Assembly (NCBI GenBank): GCA_965215505.1
Contig: OZ244065.1
Span: 3,616,001 to 3,680,000 of the forward strand
DNA length: 64,000 nucleotides
Direction of reading: 5' to 3'
Origin: Capsulimonadaceae bacterium
Lineage (GTDB): Bacteria; Armatimonadota; Armatimonadia; Armatimonadales; Capsulimonadaceae
Shown: piece by piece, positions 18,466-29,187 of the stretch
Layout: each line of letters begins with the position of its first letter
Position numbering within the stretch: position 1 is the stretch's first letter
Notes under the pieces: generated by a model
What the model saw: only the letters and a program-made list of their open reading frames with translations
What the model was told of the DNA's origin: nothing
Database searches by the model: none
Program-made: the position numbers and the translations under genes

Positions 18466-19263
18466 ATGATCATCGAAGCGCGTGAAGACGTCGTGAAACT
18501 CGAAGGCACCCTGGACAAGAACCTGTGGCCGACCATCCAGGCCGCCGCGAACCTGCTGCTGCGCCACCACCCGCAGGGCATCATCGTGGACGGCAGCGGC
18601 CTCCTCGGCTGCTCCGCCGAGGGCGCGAAGACTTTCCGGGACGCCATGGACTACATCGAGCGCTACAGGGCGCATATCGTCGTCTCCGCCCTGCCCGATG
18701 GCGTGATGGAGGTCATCCGGGCCGTGCCGGGCGTTCGCTCGCGCCTGCCCGTGGCGGCCACCATCGAGGAGGCGCGCGCTTCGCTGAACCTCTCCAAGCC
18801 CGGCGGGGGCCGGGCGACGGCCGGGGGGGACGCGCCGCAGAACATCCTCGTGCCGCTCCTGCGCCCGGACGACCCCCAGGCCGCCGCCGCCCTGGCCTGC
18901 CGGCTGGCGCGGGCTGACCCCTCCCACAAGTCCCGCCTGCACCTGGTCTACGTCCTGGAAGTGCCGCGCCACCTGCCGCTGGCCGCGCCCCTGCCCGAAG
19001 AGGAGGCCGAGGCCGCCCGGACCCTGGCGGCGGCGGCCCGCTGCGCCTCGGGCGCGGGCGTGACGGTCGAGCCGCACGTCACACGCGCCCGCGACGCCGG
19101 GGAGGAGATCGTCGCCCAGGCCACGTCTCTGGGCGCGTCCCTGATCGTCCTGACCTACCTGCCCTCGGGCGACCCCTCAGACACCCTGATGGCGCGCACC
19201 GCCCGCACCGTCCTGGACCGCGCCCCGTGCGAGGTGGTGCTGGACAAGCAGGCGGCGCGCTAG
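18466..19263 (+). CDS. STAS-like domain fused to universal stress protein domain
   Basis: N-terminal VVKLEGTLD..IIVDGSGL; C-terminal NILVPL..LHLVYVLEVP..RAPCEVV. Confidence 0.75.
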   Translation: MIIEAREDVVKLEGTLDKNLWPTIQAAANLLLRHHPQGIIVDGSGLLGCSAEGAKTFRDAMDYIERYRAHIVVSALPDGVMEVIRAVPGVRSRLPVAATIEEARASLNLSKPGGGRATAGGDAPQNILVPLLRPDDPQAAAALACRLARADPSHKSRLHLVYVLEVPRHLPLAAPLPEEEAEAARTLAAAARCASGAGVTVEPHVTRARDAGEEIVAQATSLGASLIVLTYLPSGDPSDTLMARTARTVLDRAPCEVVLDKQAAR

Positions 19264-19298
19264 ACCGTCTGGTCAGGCGGCTTCCGCCGCACGGTCTG

Positions 19299-19715
19299 TC
19301 AATGACTGTGATCGCTGACTTCCGCCTCGAACTCCGCAAGGCTGGCCTTGAGGTACTTCACCACCTTCTGCCGATAGGGCCAGGTCATCGCCCGCAGGGG
19401 GAGGCGGTTCAGCCAGTGGTTGCTGGGGCCGTAGCCGCTGCCGCGCCTGCGCGTGAGTCTCAGGTTGGACGGCAGGACGCGCTGGGAGAGCGTGTCAATG
19501 CAGACCCGAAGCTCGGCCAGCGAGGCGAACCAAAGGACGGCGCTGTCGTACTCGACGACGAAGGCCGGGAAGCCCTTGCCGGGGACCGGGCGCGGCGCGG
19601 GCGGGTCGAAGACCTGCGCGTCCCGCCATTCTCGGCCATCAGCGGGGAGATGCACCCAAAAGGTCATCGGCCCCTCCCGCCAGGCTGGGTAGTAGACGAT
19701 GCGGCGTTTCTTCAT
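19299..19715 (-). CDS. Hypothetical protein
   Basis: 138-aa ORF with GAGG RBS and normal composition. Confidence 0.6.
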   Translation of the reverse strand: MKKRRIVYYPAWREGPMTFWVHLPADGREWRDAQVFDPPAPRPVPGKGFPAFVVEYDSAVLWFASLAELRVCIDTLSQRVLPSNLRLTRRRGSGYGPSNHWLNRLPLRAMTWPYRQKVVKYLKASLAEFEAEVSDHSH

Positions 19716-20094
19716 CGCGTCCTCGTATCAGTTGTCTCAGATACTCCGCATAGTTCTCCCTGTTCAATGGGTCTTCCACTTCCGCACTCTCCACGGCCTG
19801 TTCGGCGCAGGTGATTGCCTCGCTGTGTCGCCCCTGCGCTTCGTAGATGCGGGCAGTCATTACCAATAGGTGCGGGTCGCCCGCATCAATCTTTTCCAGC
19901 TCCGCCGCGCGGAGTAGGGCTTCCTCATGCAATCCCAAGTCGAAGGCGAACAGCAGCAGGACCATGTTTGCGTGCCATAAATTGTGTGGCTTGCCGGCCT
20001 CCCGTGCCCAATCCAGCATCACGGTGGAGGCCGAGGCATAATCACCCTCAGCCCGATACTGCCGGAAGAGTTCAGACGCCTGCCTCAAGTTCAT
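19639..20094 (-). CDS. TPR-like protein
   Basis: Helical repeats (ARIYEAQGRHSEAI); 3' end overlaps next gene. Confidence 0.6.
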   Translation of the reverse strand: MNLRQASELFRQYRAEGDYASASTVMLDWAREAGKPHNLWHANMVLLLFAFDLGLHEEALLRAAELEKIDAGDPHLLVMTARIYEAQGRHSEAITCAEQAVESAEVEDPLNRENYAEYLRQLIRGRDEETPHRLLPSLAGGADDLLGASPR

Positions 20095-20099
20095 CGCGC

Positions 20100-21191
20100 C
20101 TATCCTAGCACTTCCAACCCGTTCGGCAGGTGCGTCAATATCTCGCAGCCGTCTTCCGTCACCAGGATGTCTTCCTCCACCCGGACGCCGCCCCAGTTCT
20201 CCAGGTAGATGCCCGGCTCGACCGTCATCACCATGCCGGGCGCGAGGACCAGCGACTCGGCGCGGGCGGAGAAGCCGGGGCCGTCGTGGACCGAGCGGCC
20301 CAGGGAGTGCCCCAGGCCGTGGCCGAAGGCCTCGCCGTAGCCCTTTTCCGTGATGAAGTCGCGGGCGACGGCGTCTATCTCCTTGCCGGTCTTGCCGGGC
20401 TTAACGGCGGCGATGGCCCGCTTCTGCGCTTCCAGGACGACGGCGTAGACCTCGCGCTGCTTGTCCGTGACCTGCCCGATGGCGACCGTGCGGGTGATGT
20501 CCGAGTTGTAGCCGTCCACGGCCGCGCCCCAGTCGATGGTCACGAAGTCGCCGGGTGCCAGCGGGCGCACCCCGGCGTGGTGGTGCGGGTGCGCGCCCAG
20601 GGTGCCCGAGGCGACGATGGTGTCGAAGGCGACGCCTTCCGCCCCGCCCCGGCGCATGGCGAACTCCAGCTCGATGGCGAAGTCCCGCTCGCGCGTGCCG
20701 GGCCGGAGCAGATGCTTGACCGACTCGAAGGCGGCCTCGGCGACGGCGATGGCCCGCCGGATCGTCTCCACCTCGCCCGCGTCCTTGACCAGCCGCAGGG
20801 TTGAAACGACGTCTTTGGTGTTCACCCACTCGGTTTCGGGCATCAATGCCTTGAACGCCTCCCACTGCGCGACCGTGACGTGGCCCGCCTCGAAGCCCAG
20901 CCGATGCACGGCGGGGCGCTCCTTGAGGACGTTCTGCAAGGCCTCCCCGTACCCGCCGCTGCCCGCCGGCGTCTCGACGACCTCGAAGCCCTTGCACTCG
21001 GCCAGGGCGCGCAGGGTGTAGCGCGAGTCGGTGATGAACAGGGCCTCGTCCGGCGTGATCACTGCCTGCGCCGTGGAGCCGGTGAAGCCGGAAACGTAGC
21101 CGAGGCTACCGATGTCGGTCAGCAGCAGGGCGTCGGGGGCGTTGTCGAGTGCCTGGAAGGCGCGGCGGACGTTGTCGAGGCGTGTTGGCAT
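20100..21191 (-). CDS. Xaa-Pro aminopeptidase (M24B)
   Basis: YVSGFTGS, IDWG, YNSDITRT, HGLGHSLG, TVEPGIY, GVRVEEDI. Confidence 0.95.
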   Translation of the reverse strand: MPTRLDNVRRAFQALDNAPDALLLTDIGSLGYVSGFTGSTAQAVITPDEALFITDSRYTLRALAECKGFEVVETPAGSGGYGEALQNVLKERPAVHRLGFEAGHVTVAQWEAFKALMPETEWVNTKDVVSTLRLVKDAGEVETIRRAIAVAEAAFESVKHLLRPGTRERDFAIELEFAMRRGGAEGVAFDTIVASGTLGAHPHHHAGVRPLAPGDFVTIDWGAAVDGYNSDITRTVAIGQVTDKQREVYAVVLEAQKRAIAAVKPGKTGKEIDAVARDFITEKGYGEAFGHGLGHSLGRSVHDGPGFSARAESLVLAPGMVMTVEPGIYLENWGGVRVEEDILVTEDGCEILTHLPNGLEVLG

Positions 21192-21433
21192 TGGGGATTC
21201 CTTTTGGGCCGGTCTTTGCGCGGCGTAGTGCGGCTATTATACCTAAGCGGCGGCTCGCAAATCTTTCAGCCCGGCGACTGAAGTCACGGCAACAAAGGCA
21301 CGAAGTCACCCTTCGGCGACTCAGACTCCGAACCCGCGAAGGCAGGTTTTGTGATCTCGTTGGCGCGGTTTCAACCGCCCGCTCGACGCCAGCGCGCGCG
21401 CGTGTTACAATGGGGCATCGAGGACACGACGCC

Positions 21434-22387
21434 ATGACCACACCACGACCCACGTTCCGCAACCCGCTGAAACTGGACGGCGCGGACCCGTTCCTGACTT
21501 ATTTTGACGGCTGGTACTATTTGTCCACCACGGCGGGGGCCGACATCAGCCTGCGCCGCGCCCGGCGTATCGGCGATCTCAAAGACGCGCCCGATGAGGT
21601 GATCTGGCGGGACGACGCGCCGGGCCGGTTCCGGGACATGTGGGCGCAGGAGTTCTTCCTGCTCGACGGCCCCAACGGACGACGCTGGTATCTGTACTAC
21701 ACCGCCTCGGACGGCGAGGACGGTCACCACCGGATGTTCGTCTGCGAGGGGTCGGACGACGACCCGCGCGGACCGTACACGTTCAAGGCGAAGCTCCAAA
21801 CCGACCCCGACGACGCCTTCTACGCCATTGACGGGTCGGCCCTGCGCCTGCCCGACGGCCGCTTGTACTTTCTCTGGTGCGGCCGGCCCAGCCCCGCCGG
21901 TCAGGGACTCTACATCTCCCGCATGGCCGACCCGTGGACCCTGACCGGCTCGCGCGTCTATCTGCCCGCCGAGGGCTTCGGCTGCGACGAGGTCCGTGAG
22001 GGGCCGGTGACGATCCAGCGCGGCGGCAGAGTCTTCCTGACCTACTCGGCCTGCGACACCGGCAAGCCGGACTACAAGCTTGGGCTGCTGGTCGCGGATG
22101 ACGACGCGGACCTGATGGACCCCGCCGCCTGGAAACAGCACCCCGCCCCGGTCTTCACCCGCTGCGACGAACACGGCGTCTACGGGCCGGGCCACAACAA
22201 CTTCTTCCAGTCCCCCGACGGGTCAGAGGACTGGATCGTCTACCACGCCAAGACCGACGGCGGCTATACCTACCAAGAACGCTCCGCGCGGGCGCAGCGG
22301 TTCGGCTGGAGCGCGGACGGCCTGCCGGACTTCGGGCGGCCCCTGGCGCTGGACACGGAGATTGCGGTGCCGTCGGGGGAGGAGTGA
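21434..22387 (+). CDS. Glycoside hydrolase family 43
   Basis: [26 protein letters not shown]. Confidence 0.9.
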   Translation: MTTPRPTFRNPLKLDGADPFLTYFDGWYYLSTTAGADISLRRARRIGDLKDAPDEVIWRDDAPGRFRDMWAQEFFLLDGPNGRRWYLYYTASDGEDGHHRMFVCEGSDDDPRGPYTFKAKLQTDPDDAFYAIDGSALRLPDGRLYFLWCGRPSPAGQGLYISRMADPWTLTGSRVYLPAEGFGCDEVREGPVTIQRGGRVFLTYSACDTGKPDYKLGLLVADDDADLMDPAAWKQHPAPVFTRCDEHGVYGPGHNNFFQSPDGSEDWIVYHAKTDGGYTYQERSARAQRFGWSADGLPDFGRPLALDTEIAVPSGEE

Positions 22388-22464
22388 CCGCTGAAGGCAG
22401 GAGAGGAGGGCAGGGGGACCCTGCCCCTACACTACGTCCAACACATCTTGCGGAAGGGGTTCCC

Positions 22465-23277
22465 ATGAACGAAAGAGGTCTGCGCGGCTTTACCCTGATT
22501 GAGCTTCTAGTCGTCGCCGCCATCATCGGCGTCTTGGCCGCGCTTCTGCTCTCGGCCTTCGCGCGTTCGCGCGACAACGGCCGCCGGGCGAGCTGCCTCT
22601 CCAACGAGCGGCAGCTCGGGATGGCGTTCCTGCAATACGAGCAGGAGAGCGACGAGCGATACCCCAACGGCACGGTGAAACGCACCGGCTGGGACCCGCC
22701 CTCGGAGACGCCGCCGTCCGGCGAAGGCTGGGCGGGGCAGATCTACCCCTACGTCAAGAATGCGGGCGTCTTCGGATGCCCGGACGACTCGACCCCGCCC
22801 GCCCCGCCCGCTCAGAGGGTTTCCTACGGCTACAACAACTGGCTGCTCGCCTCGGCGGACGTCTCGGCGGTGCCGGGGCGCGTCCTCTCCACGCCTAGGA
22901 CCGTCCTGCTGTACGAGACCATCGGCAACACCGCCCAGATCACGCAGCCCGACGAAGGGGCCGCCCAGGGCGCACGGGAGTTCTCGGCGGCAGGCGACGG
23001 CGGCCTTCTTATCTCAGCCCCCAACGCCGGAACGGGGCAGGCACTCTATGCGACCGGCTGGATGGGCGGGCGTGATCCGAGCAGAGACAGCAACAGCAAC
23101 CAGTTCCCGGAGCGCAGTGGGCGTCACGCGGGCGGCGCGGATTATTTGATGACGGACGGGCACGTCAGGTGGCTCTTGCCGGCTAATGTCCTCTCCGCCA
23201 TTCACACGACAGTGACCGACGACGAGTTCGGCAAGTATGACGCCTGTTTCGAGAACCAGAACTACCGCCGGAAGTAG
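22465..23277 (+). CDS. Prepilin-type N-terminal cleavage / DUF1559 H-X9-DG protein
   Basis: [35 protein letters not shown]. Confidence 0.9.
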   Translation: MNERGLRGFTLIELLVVAAIIGVLAALLLSAFARSRDNGRRASCLSNERQLGMAFLQYEQESDERYPNGTVKRTGWDPPSETPPSGEGWAGQIYPYVKNAGVFGCPDDSTPPAPPAQRVSYGYNNWLLASADVSAVPGRVLSTPRTVLLYETIGNTAQITQPDEGAAQGAREFSAAGDGGLLISAPNAGTGQALYATGWMGGRDPSRDSNSNQFPERSGRHAGGADYLMTDGHVRWLLPANVLSAIHTTVTDDEFGKYDACFENQNYRRK

Positions 23278-23287
23278 CGTCCTGATC

Positions 23288-23463
23288 CTACCCCCGCGAC
23301 AAGTCGCGCCCCCTCCCTCGGAGGGAAGGGCAGGTTCAATGGAGGGCGGGGCACCTCGTCTTGTAGGCTCACCATGACCGGCGGGCCATCCGACAGTATA
23401 GACCAGCCTCCATTCCCTCACCCTTCCCTCCGAGGGAGGGGGCGCGACTTGTCGCGGGGGTAG
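23288..23463. repeat. Paired inverted CCCCGCGACAAGTCGCG..CCCTCCC..GGGAGGG element
   Basis: Arms at 23288-23330 and 23420-23463; related pair at 32860-33193. Confidence 0.75.
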
Positions 23464-23491
23464 GTCAGGCCCCGAATATTTTCCCCACCAC

Positions 23492-23542
23492 TTGACAATC
23501 CCCCAAACTACCACTATACTGTACTATGTCACTTAGTACAGT
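23492..23542 (+). promoter_or_regulatory. sigma70 promoter with overlapping YtrA-type operator
   Basis: TTGACA(23492)-17 bp-TATACT(23515); inverted repeat ACTGTACTA-N7-TAGTACAGT (23518-23542). Confidence 0.8.
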
Positions 23543-23545
23543 TAG

Positions 23546-23980
23546 TTGAATCAATCGAGGCGAGACTTGGCCCTGGAACTTTCAATCGCGACTGGGAGCA
23601 GCGTGCCGATCTACCGGCAGATCACCGACCAGGTGTGCCTGGCGATCGCGGCGGGCCAGCTCCTGCCCGGCGACCCGCTACCCAGCGTCCGGGCGGTGGC
23701 GGAGCGGCTGGTCGTCAACCCGAACACGGTGGCGCGGGCCTACGCGGACCTTGCGCGGGACGGGCGGGTCGTCACTCAGCCGGGCCGCGCCCTGACCGTC
23801 GCCCCGCGCCGGCAGATACTCTCGGAGGAGGAGCGCGGGCGGCGGCTCGACGCCGCCCTGGACGAGTTCGTCCGCGAGGTGGTCCTGCTGGGCTTCGGGC
23901 GCGAGGAGATCGGGAGGCGGCTGGCCGACAAACTGGCCGAGGCGATGCCGTTGGCGGGAGCGGAAAGGGTGGGCGCATGA
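23546..23980 (+). CDS. GntR family (YtrA subfamily) regulator
   Basis: PIYRQI, GDPLPSVRAVA, VNPNTVARAY; short C-terminus; precedes ABC ATPase. Confidence 0.9.
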   Translation: MNQSRRDLALELSIATGSSVPIYRQITDQVCLAIAAGQLLPGDPLPSVRAVAERLVVNPNTVARAYADLARDGRVVTQPGRALTVAPRRQILSEEERGRRLDAALDEFVREVVLLGFGREEIGRRLADKLAEAMPLAGAERVGA

Positions 23981-24969
23981 GCGAGACGAGGATGGGCGAG
24001 ACGAGGATGGGCGATGGTCTGTTGGGAGACAACGTCATCGAGACGCGCGGGCTGACCCGCTACTTCGGCGGGCGGTGCGTCGTGGACTCGCTGGACCTTT
24101 CGGTCCCGCGCGGCTGCATCTTCGGGTTCCTGGGCCGCAACGGGGCCGGCAAAAGCACGACGATACGGATGCTGCTGGGCCTGCTGGCCCCGACGCGCGG
24201 GTCGGCGTCCGTGCTGGGGGCGGACAGCCGCGCCCTGCCGCCGGATGTGCGCGCTCGGATCGGCTATCTGGCCGAGGGGCACCACGTCTACGGCTGGATG
24301 AGCGCGGCCGAGTGCGGCCGGTTCCAGTCCGCCTTCTTCCCCCGCTGGAACGACCGCGTGTTCCAGTCGGTCCTGTCCCACTTCGGCCTGAAGGGAACCG
24401 CCCGCGCCGGGGACCTGTCGCGCGGCGAGCGGGCCGGGCTGTGCCTCGCCCTGACGCTGGCCCCGGAGCCGGAGCTGCTGATTCTGGACGACCCCGCCCT
24501 GGGCCTGGACCCGGTGGCCCGGCGCGGCCTGCTCCAGTCCATGATCTATTTGACGCGCCGGGCCGACCAGACCGTCTTCTTCTCCTCGCACCTGCTGTCC
24601 GACGTCGAGCGCGTCGCCGACCGCATCGCCGTCCTGGACGGGTCCCTGCTCCGGGCGGACTGCTCTTTAGACACGTTCCGCAGCCGGGTCCGGCAGTTCA
24701 TCCTGACTTTCCCGTCCGCGCCGCCCGCCCTGCCGCCCCTGCCGGGCCTGCTGCAAACCTTCCGTGCGGGCCGGGAGGTGACGGTGACGTTAGCCTCCTG
24801 CGACGACGGCACGGAGCGCCGCCTGGCCGCGCTCGGGGCCGACCGGGTCGAGCCGGTCCCGCTGGGCCTGGAAGACGCCTTCGTCAGCTACCTCAGCGAC
24901 CGGGGCGAGAAGTCCTACTTTTTGGAAGACGTGGAGCAGAGCGACGAGGCGGATTCCCGCCCGGCCTGA
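23977..24969 (+). CDS. ABC transporter ATP-binding protein
   Basis: GRNGAGKST, LSRGE, LILDDP, SSH; ATGA-coupled to GntR gene. Confidence 0.92.
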   Translation: MSETRMGETRMGDGLLGDNVIETRGLTRYFGGRCVVDSLDLSVPRGCIFGFLGRNGAGKSTTIRMLLGLLAPTRGSASVLGADSRALPPDVRARIGYLAEGHHVYGWMSAAECGRFQSAFFPRWNDRVFQSVLSHFGLKGTARAGDLSRGERAGLCLALTLAPEPELLILDDPALGLDPVARRGLLQSMIYLTRRADQTVFFSSHLLSDVERVADRIAVLDGSLLRADCSLDTFRSRVRQFILTFPSAPPALPPLPGLLQTFRAGREVTVTLASCDDGTERRLAALGADRVEPVPLGLEDAFVSYLSDRGEKSYFLEDVEQSDEADSRPA

Positions 24970-25173
24970 ACGCCGGGCCTACACGGATGGGCCGCCCGCT
25001 TCGGGGCTTCGGATAGCGTGATGCCCGGCGGGCGGGGGATTGAAGAGGGCGGGGGGACCCCGCCCCTACGCGGCCCGAATGTCGCCGTCCCTGTAGGGGC
25101 CGGGTCCCCCGACCCTCCTTCCTGCATCACTTCTCCCGGCTTTGGCCCTTCCCGAATCTTAGGAGCGAACGCA

Positions 25174-27306
25174 ATGAACACCTCCCCCCTGAAAGCCTTG
25201 TTCTGGAAAGAATGCCGCGAGAACGCCCGCTGGGCCGTCCTGTCCGCCCTGGCCCTGACCCTCAGCCTGGCCTACGCCGTGTACCACGAGGCGGCGGCGA
25301 ACACCGCCGCCAGCCCCGACCCTGCCAACGGCCTGCGGCTCGGCTATGTCTGGGAGAACGCCACCCTGGTGTTCACGCTCGGGGCACCGCTCGTCGGCCT
25401 CCTTTTGGGGCTGCTCCAGATCCTGCCCGAATTGCGCCGCGACCAGTGGGCGTTCCTCGTCCACCGGCCCGCCTCGCGCACGACTCTGTTCTTCGGCAAG
25501 GCCCTCCCCGGCGTCTGCCTGTACCTCGCGGCGACGACCCTGCCGCTGCTGGCCCTGGCCGCCTGGGACGGCCTGCCGGGCCGCTCGGCCGCGCCCTTCG
25601 ACTGGCGGTTCACGCTGGGCGGCTGGGCGGCGATCCTCGCTGGCCTGCCCCTCTACTTCGCGGGGCTGACGACGGCCCTGCGGCCCGCCCGGTGGTACGG
25701 CAGCCGCGCCCTGCCGATCTTCGCCGCCTTGCTCGCGCCGCTTGGGATTGGGGCCATGACCGAGTTCTGGCAGGCCGCCCTGGTCTGCCTCCCGCTGACG
25801 GCGGCCCTGGCGGCGGCGGCCTGGGGCAGCTTCCTGACATCGGGCCAGTACGCCGGCCTGCCGCGCACGGCCCGCCTGGGCCTGGGCCTGTCCCTGCTTG
25901 CGGGAATCGCGGCCCTGGTGGTCGGTGCCGTCACGCTGTCGGCGACGGTGTACCTGTCGCTGTTCCCCCAGCCCCGCGCGCCCTTCAGCATGACGCAGTA
26001 CACCGTGGACACGGACGGACAGGTCCTGCGGACCGCCTATGCCGACAATGACGTCCGCTACTCGGACGTCCGGGGCCGGCCGCTGTCCGCCTCTGCTGCC
26101 TCAAAGCGGGAGGACAGCGGCATCCAGACTCTGAATTTCGTGCCGGTCATCAACCCCTCGGCACGCGACCCGCACCTGGGCCACGGCTACAACTCCCCCG
26201 AGCGGTATGTCGCCCCCTTGCAGACCTTCCTGTACCACTCCGAGGACACGGCCTGGTACTACCCCTACGCCCAGGGCCAGGCGGTCGGCTACTCCCTGCG
26301 GACGCGCCGGGCCGTCGGCTACCTCGGGCCGCGCGGCTTCGCGGACACGCCGGAGGGCGCGGGGCGGTTCCCGGAGCCGCTCCTCGGCAGCGAACACATC
26401 AGCAACCAGGTGAGCCTGCTGCACTTCGCGCACTCCGTCCTCTGGTTCAACACGGGCCGGTCGGAGATCAAGCCCCTGTGGCCGCCGTCGGGGACCGCCC
26501 GCATTGACGGCCTGTGTCATGTGACGCAGCCAGGTCCGGGGGAAACCTCCGAGGACACCGTCGTGGTCGCCGCCGACGGCCGGTTCCACCTCTTCACCGA
26601 GGGTAATCTGGTCCTGACGACCCCTTATGCCACCCCTTATGCCGCCGACGCCGCGCGCTACCCTGTCGTCCAGGTCGGCACCGCCCCGCTGACGCCGGGC
26701 ATGATGCCGCCGCCGGCGCGGTTCTTCTTCTGGTACAGCATGAACGGCTTCGGGGCGCAGTCCTGGACCGACTCTGAGCTTGTGGCGCTTTCCACAAGCG
26801 GGCGCGTCGTGGAGGCCGTCACGCTTCCCGCCCTGGCGCAACCCCCGCGCTCCTCGATGCCCGCCCTGCTCGGCGCACTCCCTCCCCCGGCGGGGGACGT
26901 CTACGGCCTCGGCATCGCGCTCCGCGACCGCTGGCTCGGGGACACCCGGCAGAAGGAGAACTGGAACCCGCTGGCCCACGAGACGGGCCTGCCCGCCGTC
27001 CTGGTCCTCTCGGCCCTGGCCGGCCTCCTCTCCGCCCTGACAGCCTGGCTGATCTCCCGCCGTCTGGGCGACGGGCGGCGCGGGCAGCTCGCGTGGGCGC
27101 TGGGGGCCTTCTGGCTGGGCCTCTACGGCGTCCTGCTGCTGCTGGCCCTGCGCGCCTGGCCCGCCCGCGTCCCGTGCCCGGACTGCCGGAGGCAGAGGGC
27201 GGTGGACAACGCGGCCTGTGAACACTGCGGGGCACCCTTCGCGCGGCCCCGGCGGGACGGGACGGAAATCTTCGACGCGGGGGATCGGGAGGCGGCGGCG
27301 CGGTGA
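25174..27306 (+). CDS. ABC-2-type permease-like membrane protein
   Basis: KALFWKECRE, WAFLVHRP, multiple TM helices, C-terminal CxxC..CxxC. Confidence 0.75.
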   Translation: MNTSPLKALFWKECRENARWAVLSALALTLSLAYAVYHEAAANTAASPDPANGLRLGYVWENATLVFTLGAPLVGLLLGLLQILPELRRDQWAFLVHRPASRTTLFFGKALPGVCLYLAATTLPLLALAAWDGLPGRSAAPFDWRFTLGGWAAILAGLPLYFAGLTTALRPARWYGSRALPIFAALLAPLGIGAMTEFWQAALVCLPLTAALAAAAWGSFLTSGQYAGLPRTARLGLGLSLLAGIAALVVGAVTLSATVYLSLFPQPRAPFSMTQYTVDTDGQVLRTAYADNDVRYSDVRGRPLSASAASKREDSGIQTLNFVPVINPSARDPHLGHGYNSPERYVAPLQTFLYHSEDTAWYYPYAQGQAVGYSLRTRRAVGYLGPRGFADTPEGAGRFPEPLLGSEHISNQVSLLHFAHSVLWFNTGRSEIKPLWPPSGTARIDGLCHVTQPGPGETSEDTVVVAADGRFHLFTEGNLVLTTPYATPYAADAARYPVVQVGTAPLTPGMMPPPARFFFWYSMNGFGAQSWTDSELVALSTSGRVVEAVTLPALAQPPRSSMPALLGALPPPAGDVYGLGIALRDRWLGDTRQKENWNPLAHETGLPAVLVLSALAGLLSALTAWLISRRLGDGRRGQLAWALGAFWLGLYGVLLLLALRAWPARVPCPDCRRQRAVDNAACEHCGAPFARPRRDGTEIFDAGDREAAAR

Positions 27307-27407
27307 GGGCCGGTTCCCGCGCCGCGAACCGAATCCGCACGCGTTCGCGTATCACCTCTCAGTACCCTATTAGTGTCCCGCCCGCGAGGGCGGCAGAGGA
27401 GTGACTC

Positions 27408-28118
27408 ATGCGGAAAAACCGGGCGTTTACGCTGATCGAATTGCTCGTCGTCATCGCCATCATCGGGATACTCGCGGCCATCCTGTTCCCGACCTTCGCC
27501 AAGGTCCGGGAGAACGCCCGGCGGACGGCCTGCCTGTCCAACCTGAAGCAGCTCGGCCTGGCCTTCACCCAGTACACGCAGGACAGCGACGAGCGGATGC
27601 CGGGCGCGACCGACGGCGGCAACGGCGGCGCGGGCGTTCACGGCGGCTGGATGTTCTTCGGGACGTTCGACTCGCCGCCCGCGCCCGGCGCGTTCGACCC
27701 CGCCCAGGGGGCCGTCTACCCTTACGTCAAGAGCCAGGCGGTCTACGTCTGCCCGGACGACTCGCCGGGACAGTCGGCGGGCGACTCGTATGCGATCAAT
27801 TCCTGCGTCACCGACACGCACACCGGCGCGCAGCCCAATCCAGGCCGGGCGCTGGCCGCCTTTGATGCGCCCGCCTCGTTCGCCCTGCTGGCCGAGGAGA
27901 CCTACGCCGGCGGCTCCCCGCTCGCCGGGCTGGGCGCAGGCGCGTCCACGGATGACGGCATCCTGTGGTACGTTGACACCGACAACGCCCTCTCGACGCG
28001 CCACAACGGCGGCTCGGACGTCGCCTTCATGGACGGCCACGTCAAGTGGTATCGGCCCGCCGTCCTGGACGCGCAGTTCTTGCGCTCGGGCGGCGTGCCG
28101 GGCGCGGCCTGCCAGTGA
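27408..28118 (+). CDS. Prepilin-type / DUF1559 H-X9-DG protein
   Basis: [39 protein letters not shown]. Confidence 0.92.
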   Translation: MRKNRAFTLIELLVVIAIIGILAAILFPTFAKVRENARRTACLSNLKQLGLAFTQYTQDSDERMPGATDGGNGGAGVHGGWMFFGTFDSPPAPGAFDPAQGAVYPYVKSQAVYVCPDDSPGQSAGDSYAINSCVTDTHTGAQPNPGRALAAFDAPASFALLAEETYAGGSPLAGLGAGASTDDGILWYVDTDNALSTRHNGGSDVAFMDGHVKWYRPAVLDAQFLRSGGVPGAACQ

Positions 28119-28138
28119 GGCGGAGAATGGAGACCCCA

Positions 28139-28948
28139 ATGAAGCGAACGGACGACCATTCGCGCGCCTTCACGCTGATCGAGCTGCTCGTCGTCATCGC
28201 CATCATCGCGATCCTCGCCGCCCTGCTGTTCCCGACGTTCTCTAAAGTCCGAGAGAACGCGCGGCGGGCGACCTGCGCCTCGAACCAGCGTCAGATCGGG
28301 ATGGCGATCATGCAGTACGTCCAGGACACCGACGAGCAGTTCCCGTGGTCCTACAGCGTGGACAGCGGGCAGATGGTGACCTGGCCGGATGAGATCGGCG
28401 GCTACGTCGGGAAGAACGCCATTGGGGGCCTGAGCGGGGGGCTGAACTGTCCTGACTCGGGGGTGATCGGCCAGACCTACGCGACGAACGGCCAGATCGT
28501 CGGCCTGCTGGACACATCGGATAAGACGCCGGCCCTGGGCTTCTACAACACCGTCATCGGCCTGCCCCGGATCACGTCGCCGAGTTCCATCATCCTGCTG
28601 ACCGACGCCAACGCGAACACCAGCCAGGTCCTGGGGCGCTCGGCGATGGAGGTGGCCTACCCGCACGCCGCCGACAGCCGCGACCATACGAACGAGGAAT
28701 GGGACCACCCGTGGCTCGGCGTCGGCTGGGCCAACAACAAGCAGGTGGCCTGGCGGCACGCGGGCGGTGCGAGCTTCCTCTATGCCGACGGCCACGTCAA
28801 ATACGCCAAGCGCGGGACGATCCGCGACGAGAACTGGGACGTGCGCTGCACCTATGGGGCGGCCTGCGCGGGTGCCCCCGGCTCGCCGACCTACCCCGCC
28901 CCGGACGGGACGTGCGGCGACCAGTCGCCGATTAACTGCGTGCCGTAG
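28139..28948 (+). CDS. Prepilin-type / DUF1559 H-X9-DG protein
   Basis: [39 protein letters not shown]. Confidence 0.92.
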   Translation: MKRTDDHSRAFTLIELLVVIAIIAILAALLFPTFSKVRENARRATCASNQRQIGMAIMQYVQDTDEQFPWSYSVDSGQMVTWPDEIGGYVGKNAIGGLSGGLNCPDSGVIGQTYATNGQIVGLLDTSDKTPALGFYNTVIGLPRITSPSSIILLTDANANTSQVLGRSAMEVAYPHAADSRDHTNEEWDHPWLGVGWANNKQVAWRHAGGASFLYADGHVKYAKRGTIRDENWDVRCTYGAACAGAPGSPTYPAPDGTCGDQSPINCVP

Positions 28949-28998
28949 GGGCTAGGGCCGGGCCTGGATAGGCCGAGGCGACAGTCAGGCCGAGGATA

Positions 28999-29176
28999 GG
29001 ACGAGTGATTGAAATCACTCGCTGCCGCCGGATTTGTCCAAGGGACAAGGGAGCGGAGCAGAGGGACAGGACCGGCCTCCTCTGACTCGTCCCTCTTGTG
29101 TCCTCCCTCTTGCGTCCTTCCCCTCTTCTGTCCCCTGGACAGGTCCCCATCAGCGAGTGATTTTAATCACTCGTCC
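28999..29176. repeat. Paired inverted GACGAGTGATT element (REPIN/MITE-like)
   Basis: ~50-bp inverted arms around a variable purine/pyrimidine spacer. Confidence 0.8.
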
Positions 29177-29187
29177 CCCTCCCCGTG

